From Oculina patagonica (Eukaryota), in contig NC_135767.1 of the NCBI RefSeq assembly GCF_052425735.1, forward strand, positions 2,666,001 through 2,730,000: a stretch of 64,000 nt of DNA, in the 5' to 3' direction. Below are positions 50,101-61,115 of the stretch, one piece after another. A program made the translations under genes and the position numbers. The notes beneath the pieces were generated by a model, which saw nothing but the letters and a program-made list of their open reading frames with translations, made no database searches and had not been told where the DNA came from. Each line of letters opens with the position of its first letter. Within the stretch, counting starts at the first letter, position 1.

Positions 50101-51034
50101 AGCTTATTAATTATCCCAATTTACTGGTAGTTACTACATTATGGTGGGAGGCATGGTGGCTTAATGGGTAGTGTGCCAGACTCCGGTTTGAACTGTGGTC
50201 CTGAGTTCAAGCCAGGGCTGTCATTAAGGGCCGTAACCCGTAACACCTGCTACGGCTGAGCTCACTCAATGTTACGGGTGAAAATGTTGATTTGTGTTAC
50301 TTTACACTTGCATTCAGAACGAAATGCTACGGGTGATAACTTCAATGTTACGGCTGCATAAAAACTTAATGACAGCCCTGCAAGCCCTGGCCAGGGTCAT
50401 GATCACTGCATTGTGTTTTTGTGCAAGATACTTTACTCTCATAGTGCTCTCTCCACTCAGGTGTATAAATGGGTAACGGTAAATTTAATGTTAGAGAACA
50501 ACTCTGTGATGGACTAGCATCCTATCCAGGGGGGAGTAGAAATACTCCTAGTCGTTTAATGCTAGGCAAACCAAGAAAAGCTCTGGCTAACAGGCCACTA
50601 GACCCAAATACAGACTTAACACAACCTTTACCTTTTATTACAATCCTGTTTTTCAGGTGCTGATTATTTGCCCCCTCCACCGCCATATGAACCACCTCCA
50701 CAGCAGCAAACACCAGAACAGATTTTCCAACAGTAAGTTGATCAAGGAGACTACATAATTACCCTGAATAAATGAGCAGACTTCATGCTACGCTGTGGCA
50801 AGCAAGCTCTCTTAAGTGTGGGGGTGAGGGAAAAGAGCTCGTCCCACCATCCCTAACAGAGCTTGCAACTCACAGGCTAAGTCATGCATTAAAGGGTTCT
50901 CTTCAAGACCTCAGGTCTTCTTCTACTTGATATTTTATGTTATCGCTGTGTTTCTTGTTACCTGCATGTGATAACATCAAACTGTGTATTTTGAGTTACA
51001 AGATAACTTTATGTTTGGTGAATGTGTGATAATA

Positions 51035-51078
<44 letters not shown>

Positions 51079-54000
51079 AATTTAATAATTTTTAGAGCGC
51101 CATTTACATTTGCCGATCAAAAGCACTTCACAATAAAATAACAATAATAATAAAGTACATAATTTAAGAACCCAACATGCAACATGACTGTGCACCTCTG
51201 AAATTTGACCCCAAAAATTCTGTGCTATAATGACACAAACTCATGTACTGTTTCATAATTCCAGAAGTTGAAAATTTACCAGCTTAATCATTTTTGATGC
51301 ATTTATCAAATTGTTTGTCTTGTTGAAGGGCCACAGCCATAACAGAAGAACAAGCAAGGGATGCACTGCTGGCCTTTGTAGCTGAGAACTGCTGTTATGG
51401 AAAGAAAGCTGCAACAGACATGGACATCAAGGACATAACTCCATCAAGTGCTTATCATGTAAGTGTGAAATAAGTAATTATTACATGTATAAATTCTTTT
51501 AGCTCTGTGCCAGGCACATGTCAACATGCAAATTGATTGGTTACTTTTTTGTTTCAATTCTAGTACAACTTGGCAAGTTTCTGTGAATCCAGATCCACAT
51601 CCTGGAAGTATGAGCCATACCGAGGTGACTTTGGAAACAATTTGCACTAGTTGTACCGTTGCTTTAAATGGATGTCATTCTGTTGTATTTTAATGATTAC
51701 CATAACTATTAGATCTATAGACAGGGACGGCAGAGCCGGGGGGGCTGGGGGGGGGCTTTAGCCCCCCCCCCCCACTTTTTCCGAAAAAATAAAGACTTAC
51801 TAAGAGAAGAGTCTCTTAAGCCCCCCCCCCCCACTCCAAGTCACTAGTCAGCCCCCCCACCTGGAAAAATGTTCCGCCGTCCCTGATAGAGTTGTGGTGG
51901 GAGGTGCAGACTTCCCAAAGGTTAGTGCGCTCAACTCTGGATCGAGTGGTCCAGATTCAAGCCGTGGTTCAAGCTCTGCATTGTGTTCTTGGGCAAGACA
52001 CTTTATTCTCACAGTGCCTCCCTCCATTCAGGTGCATGAAGGGGTACTACAGGGTTCGTATGGCTACTGGAAAACCTGGAAAGGACTGGAAATTTATTGT
52101 GGCACTTTTCAGGACTGGAAAGTCCTGGAAAGTTCTGGAAAACTCAAGTAACACCAGAATTCTCAGAACTAACAAAATGAGAAATGTATGGCAGACAGTA
52201 AGGAGAAATAATATTGAGATCTTGGGAGTGAAAGAGTTAATGTGAATTTTGGAATCCTGGAAAAATCAATCTGAGTCCTGGAGAAGGCCCGGAAAATTGT
52301 TTGTGAAAAAGTGTACAAAACCCTGTTACTAGGAAATTAAATGCTGGTGCTAACCCTGCAATAGACTAGCATCCCATCCAGTGAGGAGTAAATTTAAGAG
52401 AAAAAAATTAATACTCCACACTGGCCTGATGGTCACTTGGCTCAAATGCTTTAGTTACCTTTTACCATAGATCTGGTTATTCGAAGCTTGGGTATGGGGT
52501 GGGGCAAAATTAAGCTTATACATTGTTGGGTGGCATAGTTGGGTCTTAGTAGGTTTGTGGAAGACTAATAAAAACTAATTTTTATTACTCCAACTATATT
52601 CTGTTAGTCCCCAAAATATCAGCTTGTCCATATTTTTAATCTTTTTCCATTCTCACCACTGTTAGTCAGTCATCTTTACTCTCTAACAAGTTCCTGTCAT
52701 ATATCAAGAACTGTTCTACAAAATGAAACCATAAAGTGTCAGTTTCCCCTGATCTAGTTAATATGTTCAAAAAAGGTGATCACACGCCTTGAAATGTTCT
52801 CTTATAGGTCAGCACATTGATGGTCCTCAGAATGGCCCCGCCCCTCCACCATGGGCCATTCCCGCTCAAGCATCCCAGTTGTTTACACCCCAAGAAACTC
52901 ACATTGAAGTGCCGCACACTGCTACAGTTAAGGTACCTGTATATGCCATGCCTGTCATGAGAGTGTGGGACCAGATTGTGGATTTTTAGGCCATTTTGAA
53001 ATGGGTACAAACAGGACACCCAATTAAAATAATTCGTGTAAAAATATTTTACAGCTTAGGAAATTTAAAGAAGAGCTGTATGACTTGACAGAAAATGGCA
53101 TTTGTTATGACTGAATTGATAGAAGGTAGATGGGTTTGCCAGTTGACAAATTTGGGGATAAAGTAAGTGTTTGATGTCAGAAGGGAGGTAGATGGTTTAC
53201 TGCATCATGTGAGTGTGCAAAGCATCAATCCTGAAATAGGATCACACCGTTTATTTGCCCCTTTGGCTGTCAGGGCCGTACCTAGGATTTTTTGTCTGTG
53301 GGGGCAAACTCTGCTAAACTCAGCTGCCAGGGCGAACTCCAATATGGCTATACAAGAAATAGCCCAGCGAAATCAAACACTTTATTAGAAATTTAGTTTT
53401 CCTAGCGGGGCAACTGCCCCCCTGCCCCCCCCCCCCTGCACAATAGGTACGACCCTGGCTGTAGATTGTGAGCAGGCAGGGAGCCGCACTGACTGGTGTT
53501 GTTTGCTTTCTTGTTCTCATGGCTTTGCCTCTTGTTGTGTAAACTTAAGGTGGGCCTGCTTGCAGCAAACTCGACTCTAAATCTTAAAACCCCACATTCA
53601 TAAGCCAGACATATTGAACTCTCTTACTTATTTTATGACTTATTCTATTTCTATTAATAATTGTAATTGTAGCCTTGCCATGAATGTTTAGCCATGGGCT
53701 ATAAACGTTGTTACAGATGCTATGGAAGAGGACGGGTAAGAATCCTTCAATTTGTCTTCATCTGAATGCTATTTGGTCTGAAATAAAGTATGGTTTATGC
53801 ACTTTTGTTAGTAATAATAATAATAATATTAAATATAATTCTTGGTCTGTTCTGAAATAAGTATTGATTTTTGGGTTAGGTCTGAGATAGGATAGGGAAA
53901 ACTGCATATTTTGGTCTGAAGCAGGGTAAGGATTTCAAAAAGCACACCACACATCCCCCTTCCCAAATTTTCAGGGGGGTAATTCCTCCATCTCTCCCGG

Positions 54001-57000
54001 CCAGGCTTAGGAGAGGTGTCCACTTATAAGAGGTTAAAAATGGAGTAGCTCAGGTTGTATGTGGCTGCCGGACCATGACTTAGTGTCCGCTTACAAAAGG
54101 TGTCATAAGCAGAGGTTTGGCTGTAAATGTAGCCTGCATTGATGAAGGAGGAAGCTGAAAATTGCCCAGAAACTAATACAGTGGGTGAGTTTTTGTATTC
54201 ACAAACCATCCTCTGCATTTTCTTTCAGACTCGTTGTACCTGGTGTCATGGCTCTGGTCGCCGTACAGAGTACCGCGATGGACATCATCATCATGTAAGC
54301 TGCACCTGGTGTCATGGATCAGGAAGGAGAATGTAAGTACTGTTCATAACCGGCAACTTCAAAATTCTCCTGAGTCCTTAACATACATCTGTCATGCACT
54401 GTGGGAGAATATGTATTTAGTTACCTTTGTAGACATTATTTGGATGGTCATGCTACAATTCTTTTGGATCTTGAGTATTCGGTTGTTGCGACTTTCGCGC
54501 CAAAGTAACGACTTATCAAAGACGCTACTGTACATAGCCTTCTATGCAGACATTCTTTTGACTCGTCACGTAGATTGCGTGATGAGCCAAAAGAACGTCT
54601 GCGTAGGAGGCTAATATCCCATTCACATTAAACCAGGTTTAACAAAATGAAAATCAGCAACCAACGTGGAAGACTGCATTTTGCATAACTCTCAAGTAAG
54701 CTCTAGCTTGAGCTTTCATTGTGCTAACTTTAAAGTGGACAAGCATTAGTTAGCAATTTCAACGAAGAAAACGATTTTAGACCGTGTTTTATAAAACAGC
54801 TTTTATTAAAATGTGTTTTAGCTTTGGTTTGAATGGGATATTATATGCTACATGGATATCTGTAGGGTAGACCTGCATCAGCGTGCAAATTGCTTCGATG
54901 AAGCGCAAACGCACAAAACGTCAGCTTTGCAAATTTGCTATGGCGGTTAATGAGGTGTAAGGCACGCATTAGTTTATCATTCTTTTCTTAACGGCTGCAC
55001 TATAACGGATGCCAAACATTTACATAACCCGTTAAAGGAATGCTTGTTTTTCCTAACAGCTCTGTCAACCGTTCTAACGGATACAGAATTTTTGTTAATG
55101 GTTATGCTGTCCGTTCTAACGGGCTGACGTTAACGTTTAACGGTTAGGCTAACACCTCCAACGTTTTTGAGAAAGTTTTTTATCACGGACAACTAACGCA
55201 GTTTAACGGATTTCCTGTACACTGTCACAACTCTAGTTAACAGATTTGGAAAAAAGGTAAATTACTTTTAATCAACATTTAAGTTGATAATTAACTTTGA
55301 TGTAACTAAGTTTGTTTTTTTTATTTGATTTTTTCAGCTGTAACACGTGTCATGGTCACGGCCGTGTCATGTGCTGGACATGTCAGGGACAGGGGCAGCT
55401 CAAGATGTTTATTCAACTTACAGTCAAATGGTGAGTCCCCCCCCCCCCCCTTCGCCCCCTTCACTACCCGGGCCTACTGAACCTCCACATTGATGAAAAC
55501 CTCAAACTAATAGATTTCTCAGGTAGAAAAACGCTTAAAAGCTAAATAATAAACCGATGGAAAAAGGATGGTAGATGTTATAGATAACAAAGAAAGAACT
55601 TAAAAATCTTACCTATTGTAACTAAACTGGAACATTTCTAGATTATATTCCGGTCAGAGGAAGCGGGTGTTGTATTTCTTCTAGTTGCTAGTCAGTTAAT
55701 GTTATCCTATAATTATGTTGTATGAATTTGTACTGGTTGTTTTCTTTTTAATTCAGGGAATGCCACATTGATAATCATGTGACGGAGAGAACAGATCTGC
55801 CTGATCATTTGATTGTTGGATCTCAGGGGACAGATATTTTTACTCAAGAACTTCCAAGGGTAAGCACTTATCATTTCCCTAAAAATCCTTAACATTCGTT
55901 ATAGTTTTGAAAAAGAACTCAGCTGCATTCATTTGATTAACAGACTAAATAATACTTGATATCTGAATATCCTACAAACGGTAGCCCAATTAATGGGACG
56001 CCTCTTCGCACCCTCTCTTTTACCCCCGGGGTTCTGCCACATATGGACTAAAGGCTCAGTAATAAGGGATCATTTTCTTCCAATTTGTCTCGCAACATTG
56101 TTGCACTGCGAGTTGTAAAGTGGTATTGCGCGTATTACCTTAAGGTTACTATTTTTAGCGACTACTAATTTTGGCGATTTTTGATGAGCAAGATTTAGCG
56201 ACTATTAAATTTAGCGATTTTCCGAAAATTAAAAAAAAAAACAATTTTAATATATAGCTAAGATGGAAACAAATGTTCAGTAATAGAACAAAGTCACTTA
56301 AAATTGAACGAACATTACCATTGTCAGAAAGAACAAAGTGAATTGCAAATGTTAGAAAGTCGTCCTCGTCAGAGAAATCAGACATATTTTCCACGATGCC
56401 GGCGATCCCAGCTCTTTCCCAACCCTTCGAAATTGTTGCCTTCATAGTTGCCCTACCTTCTGACGTTGTCAAATAGTTGAAAAGGGCCACTGTATTTAAT
56501 TTTGTGTTCCTCTGGCGGGCGGGGGTATTACATTAACGCGTATTAAATGTGACTGAGACAAATTTTAGCGAGTACTAAATTTAGCGATTTTGTCCCAACT
56601 CGCTAAAATCGCTAAAATTAGTAGCCGCTAACAATAGTAACCTTAAGGTACCATTCGTGTGGCAAATTGCGGCAACATGTGCGCAAAGTAGACATGAGTG
56701 CAACTTTGTGCAACATGTTGCTAACTCTTGCAATGCGGGAGTTAATACGCGCAACAACACTTTACAACTTGCAATCCAACAATGTTGCGAGACAAGATGA
56801 AAGAAAAAAGTAGCCCGTATCACTTTGCCTTAAACCATCCATACAACAACTCCATACGTATTAATTTCTGTGTAATTGATATATTTTTTTCTGGAATTTA
56901 TATACTCGCAGGTTTATCCCATTACAGCGTTCCATGATCATGATGTCAATGGTGGTTCACAGCGACTTGTTGACGCTCATTCTCGAAACTGGCCATCAAA

Positions 57001-57829
57001 ACGAATCCTTATGCAGGTATAAAACAATGCAATCGCTTGAAAAGAAATGTGAATTAAATCGCACATCCACGAAATCCCGCGGGATGCTTAACTTACAAGG
57101 TTCTTTATAAAACAACTACATTGCAGAAATGAAAGCCAATTTATGCTGAGCAAAGCGTGAGTTCAAGATGGCTGGATATTGGGAAAGTGTTTTTTACGTG
57201 TTTATGGACTGAAAAGCAGTTTACAATCCTGTCCAAACGTCCTTGGGACACTTGGGAAAATACTAGTGGTTATCATAAGTATCATAAGGATGTCGATTTG
57301 TCACAGGTGAAGTGAATATGACCGTTCCTTTCTCCAACCCCTACTCCCATATACCGTACTCCAGTACATGAAAACTACGAAGTGTGTCAATACTTTTGGC
57401 AACGGTTGTAGGAAAATGCATTTTCACGCAAAAAAACAAAGAACTACGCCAATAGCCAGCCTCTTGACCGATCAAGCTTGGTCAATAAAACATTTATTAT
57501 ACAGCATGAAGAACATCATTCAGTTTCTCGCGAGAAGCAGTGGGCAATCACTAGTGACAAAAATGTTTCGTCCCACCCCCACCCTCCTTAAAGCGAAAAA
57601 GCGCCCATACAAAGTAAAGTAAAGCTGAAGAAAGAGAAGTTACAAATACTCAGTACAATTTCTTTTTCTTTTTCCATTTCAGCGTCAAGTCTTACGCGCT
57701 GTTCCAGTATCTGAAGTGAAATATGAATGGAAGGATACATCTACTCGATTCTGGGTGTACGGGCTTGATCACAAAGTGCACGCCCCAGACTACCCCCAAC
57801 AGTGCTGTTGTGGCTGCACTATACTTTAG
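47132..57829 (+). CDS. SSUH2: SSUH2-like protein (copy 1), 13 coding exons
   Basis: Exons 47132-47189, 47795-48220, 49878-50021, 50657-50732, 51329-51458, 51564-51624, 52808-52932, 53673-53735, 54229-54332, 55338-55430, 55757-55859, 56912-57016 and 57683-57829 join in frame with GT-AG. Motifs: TEEQARDALLAFVAENCCYG, DGPQNGPAPPPW, VPHTATVK, repeated CxxCxGxG, and FWVYG...PDYPQQCCCGCTIL*. Confidence 0.9.
47851..48056 (+). repeat. 27-bp coding minisatellite, (GYGPPQQQ[P/A])n
   Basis: About 7 tandem GGTTATGGACCTCCCCAGCAACAA(G/C)CA units in SSUH2 exon 2. Confidence 0.9.
48284..49066. mobile_element. Non-autonomous Crypton-type element in an SSUH2 intron
   Basis: Subterminal hairpin AGATATGAATTTTATGTTC...GAGCGTAGCGA...GAACATAAAATTCATATCT; ends in CCATATAATAAA, the same architecture as 45421-47028. 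Confidence 0.55.
50146..50632 (+). mobile_element. tRNA-derived SINE (CORE-like domain) interrupted by a MITE
   Basis: GGTGGCTTAATGG A box and GAGTTCAAGC B box, then GCAAGATACTTTACTCTC...CAGGTGTATAAATGGGTA; ACCTTT tail. Confidence 0.7.
50213..50380. mobile_element. hAT-like MITE with 5-bp TSD (CAAGC)
   Basis: CAGGGCTGTCATTAAG ... CTTAATGACAGCCCTG perfect 16-bp TIR; CAAGC on both sides. Confidence 0.9.
51034..51078. repeat. (GAT)n microsatellite
   Basis: Visible trinucleotide run. Confidence 0.9.
51722..51885. mobile_element. hAT-like MITE with 5-bp TSD (ATAGA)
   Basis: CAGGGACGGC ... GCCGTCCCTG termini; ATAGA at 51717-51721 and 51886-51890. Confidence 0.88.
51893..52466 (+). mobile_element. 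Degenerate SINE interrupted by a CAGGG-ended MITE (52050-52325)
   Basis: TTGTGTTCTTGGGCAAGACACTT core; the inserted element reads CAGGGTTCGTA...TACAAAACCCTG with CTGGAAA repeats. Confidence 0.65.
53271..53457. mobile_element. hAT-like MITE with 5-bp TSD (GCTGT)
   Basis: CAGGGCCGTACCTA ... TAGGTACGACCCTG; GCTGT on both sides; homologous to 13010-13187. Confidence 0.85.
56052..56830. mobile_element. Older copy of the 222-546 Harbinger MITE family, interrupted by a nested element
   Basis: Shared TTGTCTCGCAACATTGTTGCA and CAACAATGTTGCGAGACAAG; TAA flanks. Confidence 0.75.
56138..56648. mobile_element. TA-targeting non-autonomous element (pogo/Tigger-like) nested in a MITE
   Basis: TA|CCTTAAGGTTACTATT ... 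AATAGTAACCTTAAGG|TA. The internal minus-strand relic ISKGWERAGI resembles the C-terminal end of DDE_1 transposases. Confidence 0.75.
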
Positions 57830-58524
57830 GTCAACAAAACAAAAGAAACAACTGTTATTTGCAACAAGCAAATTGTAATGTAACCTTGTTTTAAAGGCCG
57901 TAGTTATATTATACCTTGTTAAACGGAATTTTCGTCACAACTGAATTTCGAGGTTTGAAAGAGCAACATTTCAGAACACTTAATTTTCGCACATTTGAAA
58001 AATTTGTTTAACACAAAATCACTAAGCGATGTCGGAAAATTTTGTTCAATAAGTGGTTTTATTATCTAGGTGATGCTATTGTATTCAGACTGGTGTAAAG
58101 ACTGAAAGGCTTTACGCGGAGATCGCGCTGGTGTTTTAAGTTTTAGGTGAATGAGTTTCACATAAAGAAACATAGCTATAGGTTTTTCTTCTCTTAATAT
58201 AGATTAAAGTAATGCTCAGTTAATAGGATTGCTAACTCATTTTAAAGTGAGAGAGTGTAGAGTGTACGTATTCAATTAAGGTCTTGAGTTTTCAAATTTC
58301 ATTATTGTGAATAGAGGTCGTGTAGATGACGTAGGGGAAGGGGTTGGGGGGAGTAGTAATTAGATTGTTGTGTATAATTTTAACTATAGTTGACTAAATT
58401 GATGGTAAATTTAAAGTTGAATTTAAAAGTTGACTACTCAAGAGTTAGTCCTTTGCCCGAGCGAGCTGATTTAAGAAGTTTGATGCAAATTACGAAAACG
58501 AATTTGAAACATAGATCGCCGTTA

Positions 58525-58670
58525 GTGTGCTACTCCGGTTGAGGGAAGTTCTGAAAAGATCTTTTCCCACGGCTCTGAAGATGACTTCCGCTCAGCTTGT
58601 CGAATAGTCAGCCACCAACAACAGTTCTTCTCAGAACTACTCTCACCCGGACGATCACACTATACGAACT
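58525..58670 (+). mobile_element. Penelope-like element terminal fragment with a degenerate hammerhead core
   Basis: CTGAAGA-TGAC...GTC-GAAT (GAAA mutated), followed by CAGCCACCAACAACAGTTC...CACCCGGACGATCACACT, recalled as a common cnidarian PLE-type end. Confidence 0.55.
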
Positions 58671-61115
58671 ACAAATGCCCTTGAGCTCAAGCCATATGTT
58701 GTGTTAAAGCATATAGGTGCAAGTTCAGTTTTTAGACTCACAAACGACACCTCTTGGGGGGGCGTAACGAGTCTGTTTTAATCAATTCTGATTTTTTTAA
58801 CTTTATGTTAACGTCAGGTAATGTAAAAACTCCCTTCAAACGTGAGAATGTCACGCTAAAACCGACATCGTATCTGCACGCGCATCAGGAAATAAAAATT
58901 TTCCTAGACTGCATCAAATTCTTAAAATAAAAATGTTACTTAGTTCCTCTCTGAATTTCTTAGTTGATCGCTGCGCGCCAACTGAACACCATTTTCTTAA
59001 CAAAAATACCCATGTACCTCATTGGTCGGGTAGCAGCTCTTGTAAGGTCTCACATGAATGGCTCGGAGAACAATAGAACAAACAACATGAACAATGCGCC
59101 TAGCCTCCAACACAGTAGCAAATCCACAATGAAGGACCATTAGAAAAACAAGCCTATGAGAGCTGGGCAACACTCTGTTGTACCTCTTGCGAGTTTTAGA
59201 ATGTGGTTCAGCGGACGATTAGCTTGACAGTTATGCCCTTCTCCGTTATTCTCAGCTCACACAAGTTAAACGTTCAATTCGGACGATCATAAATGGCCAT
59301 CTCCAACGCGGTACGTTTCACCCAGCTCGACCAATTCAGCTAAGTTATCCTTCAGCCTCGGGACTAGTTATGCTCTCACTTAGACAAGCTATAAGTGAGT
59401 TATCACCCAGCTCAACAAGTTACCTTTCGAGCCACCCGGCCCTGTTCGGACAACATATCGTCCGACTCGGAAAAATTGTCGCCCAGCTTATAACTTAGGA
59501 AAGTTATCGCCCTGTGCAGCAAAAAAACAAACAGGAAAACATCAAGGAGAAAGGTACAATATTTTGATGTGGAGGATCGCTGACAGATGAAAGGGAAACC
59601 TGGGACGATTCAAGGGGAGACGTAAGGAAGCTTAAGTAAAGAGAATATTGTGGTTGGAGGGTAAACTAACCCAATTGTATCAAGGGTAAAACTGACCCAC
59701 AACATAATCATGGAATTTGGAGGTAGGTGAGAGGGATATAAAGGGAATGAAAATAATCATAAGGGGATAAAAGTACAGATATTTCCATGCGAGACATGTT
59801 TTTTTTTTCCTTTCTTTTGACAAACAAAGAATCGACAAAGAAACGATCGATAGCCACGTGTACACATTGCGGACCTATCAGATCAAACAAGCGCAGGAAC
59901 GTTGCGTGACGTCCCCGGCTGGGTTTGACACGTACGCCTCCTTCCAATCCCCCCTCCATCCCCTCCCTTTCTCTTCGACGTGAGCTAACCTACGGATCGG
60001 AAAGTACCCAATATTGAAATGATGTTATTTATGTTCTTATCTCATGGCACAGATAGCATTTTTTTTCGCTACAACTCCGGAAATCCCTTATCGACCATTT
60101 CTGCTCGCGTCGGATTGGACTACCTACCGTCCCTCCCATGGTGTCATTTTGCTTGCCAACTGCAGACAAAATATCGATTTTCTTCCGGCAGCTTGTAGTT
60201 CAAACAGATCGGTGTCGTTTCGGGTGCGTTTGGCGCGCTGTAGATTCTGAGTTCTGAGAAAGGTAATTCAAAGAAAGTATACTTTACAGACCTTCGTTCG
60301 CTAACTAAGGTAAGGTGACATGTAATTAATACTTTGTTTTTTGTGTAGAAAAATAGAATTGGATCGCCTTTGTGCTAGCTAGCCTCAGCTGAAATGACTG
60401 ATTACGGTAAGCTTTTTATGCAGTGGCTACCTTCTTTTGCACGCTGATCATCAAACGAAACTACATTTAGACTCGGTGATTTTATTATGTATTTTATTGA
60501 AAGGTAAAATTAGTAAGGCTTGAATAGTCTGTCGAGCTTGTGGCGGAAAATTTGCTTGCGTGCAAGATTGTCTTACAAGAATATGATCCACTCGCAAAGT
60601 ACATGATGGCTTCCATTTCATGATAAACAAGAGTGACGCAAGGAAGCTTCTACGTTACAGAAACGACTAAAATTTGACCATAACTTTAAAACACTTAAAT
60701 AAGCTTTTTTAGTTTCAAACGTTCTTTAGTATAAAAGAACAAAAGTAATTTTGCAGCTCAGAGACTAAGTGAAACACGTGCGAAACCGGAAAAAATTATT
60801 AAATCGATTAAAAATGGTCTGAAAAATTAGCAAGGCGGAAAGAACCAGAATTTCTAAATAATATATAATAAAAGCTTTGCTCTAAGGAAAAAAATGTGAA
60901 AGCTTAAATTATTAATAGGCTACCCAACAGCATCAATTGCCCCCCCCCCCCCACCAAAGAAAAACAACTTTTCAGCCTATCAAATCAATAAATATTTAAT
61001 TAAAATAATATTAACCAACAAGTAACTGTACTGCACACATTGCAAAAAACGTATTTTGCTTCATGAAAGTAAAACTCTGACTTCTTATGTCATGAAAATT
61101 AAAATCCTAGGCACC

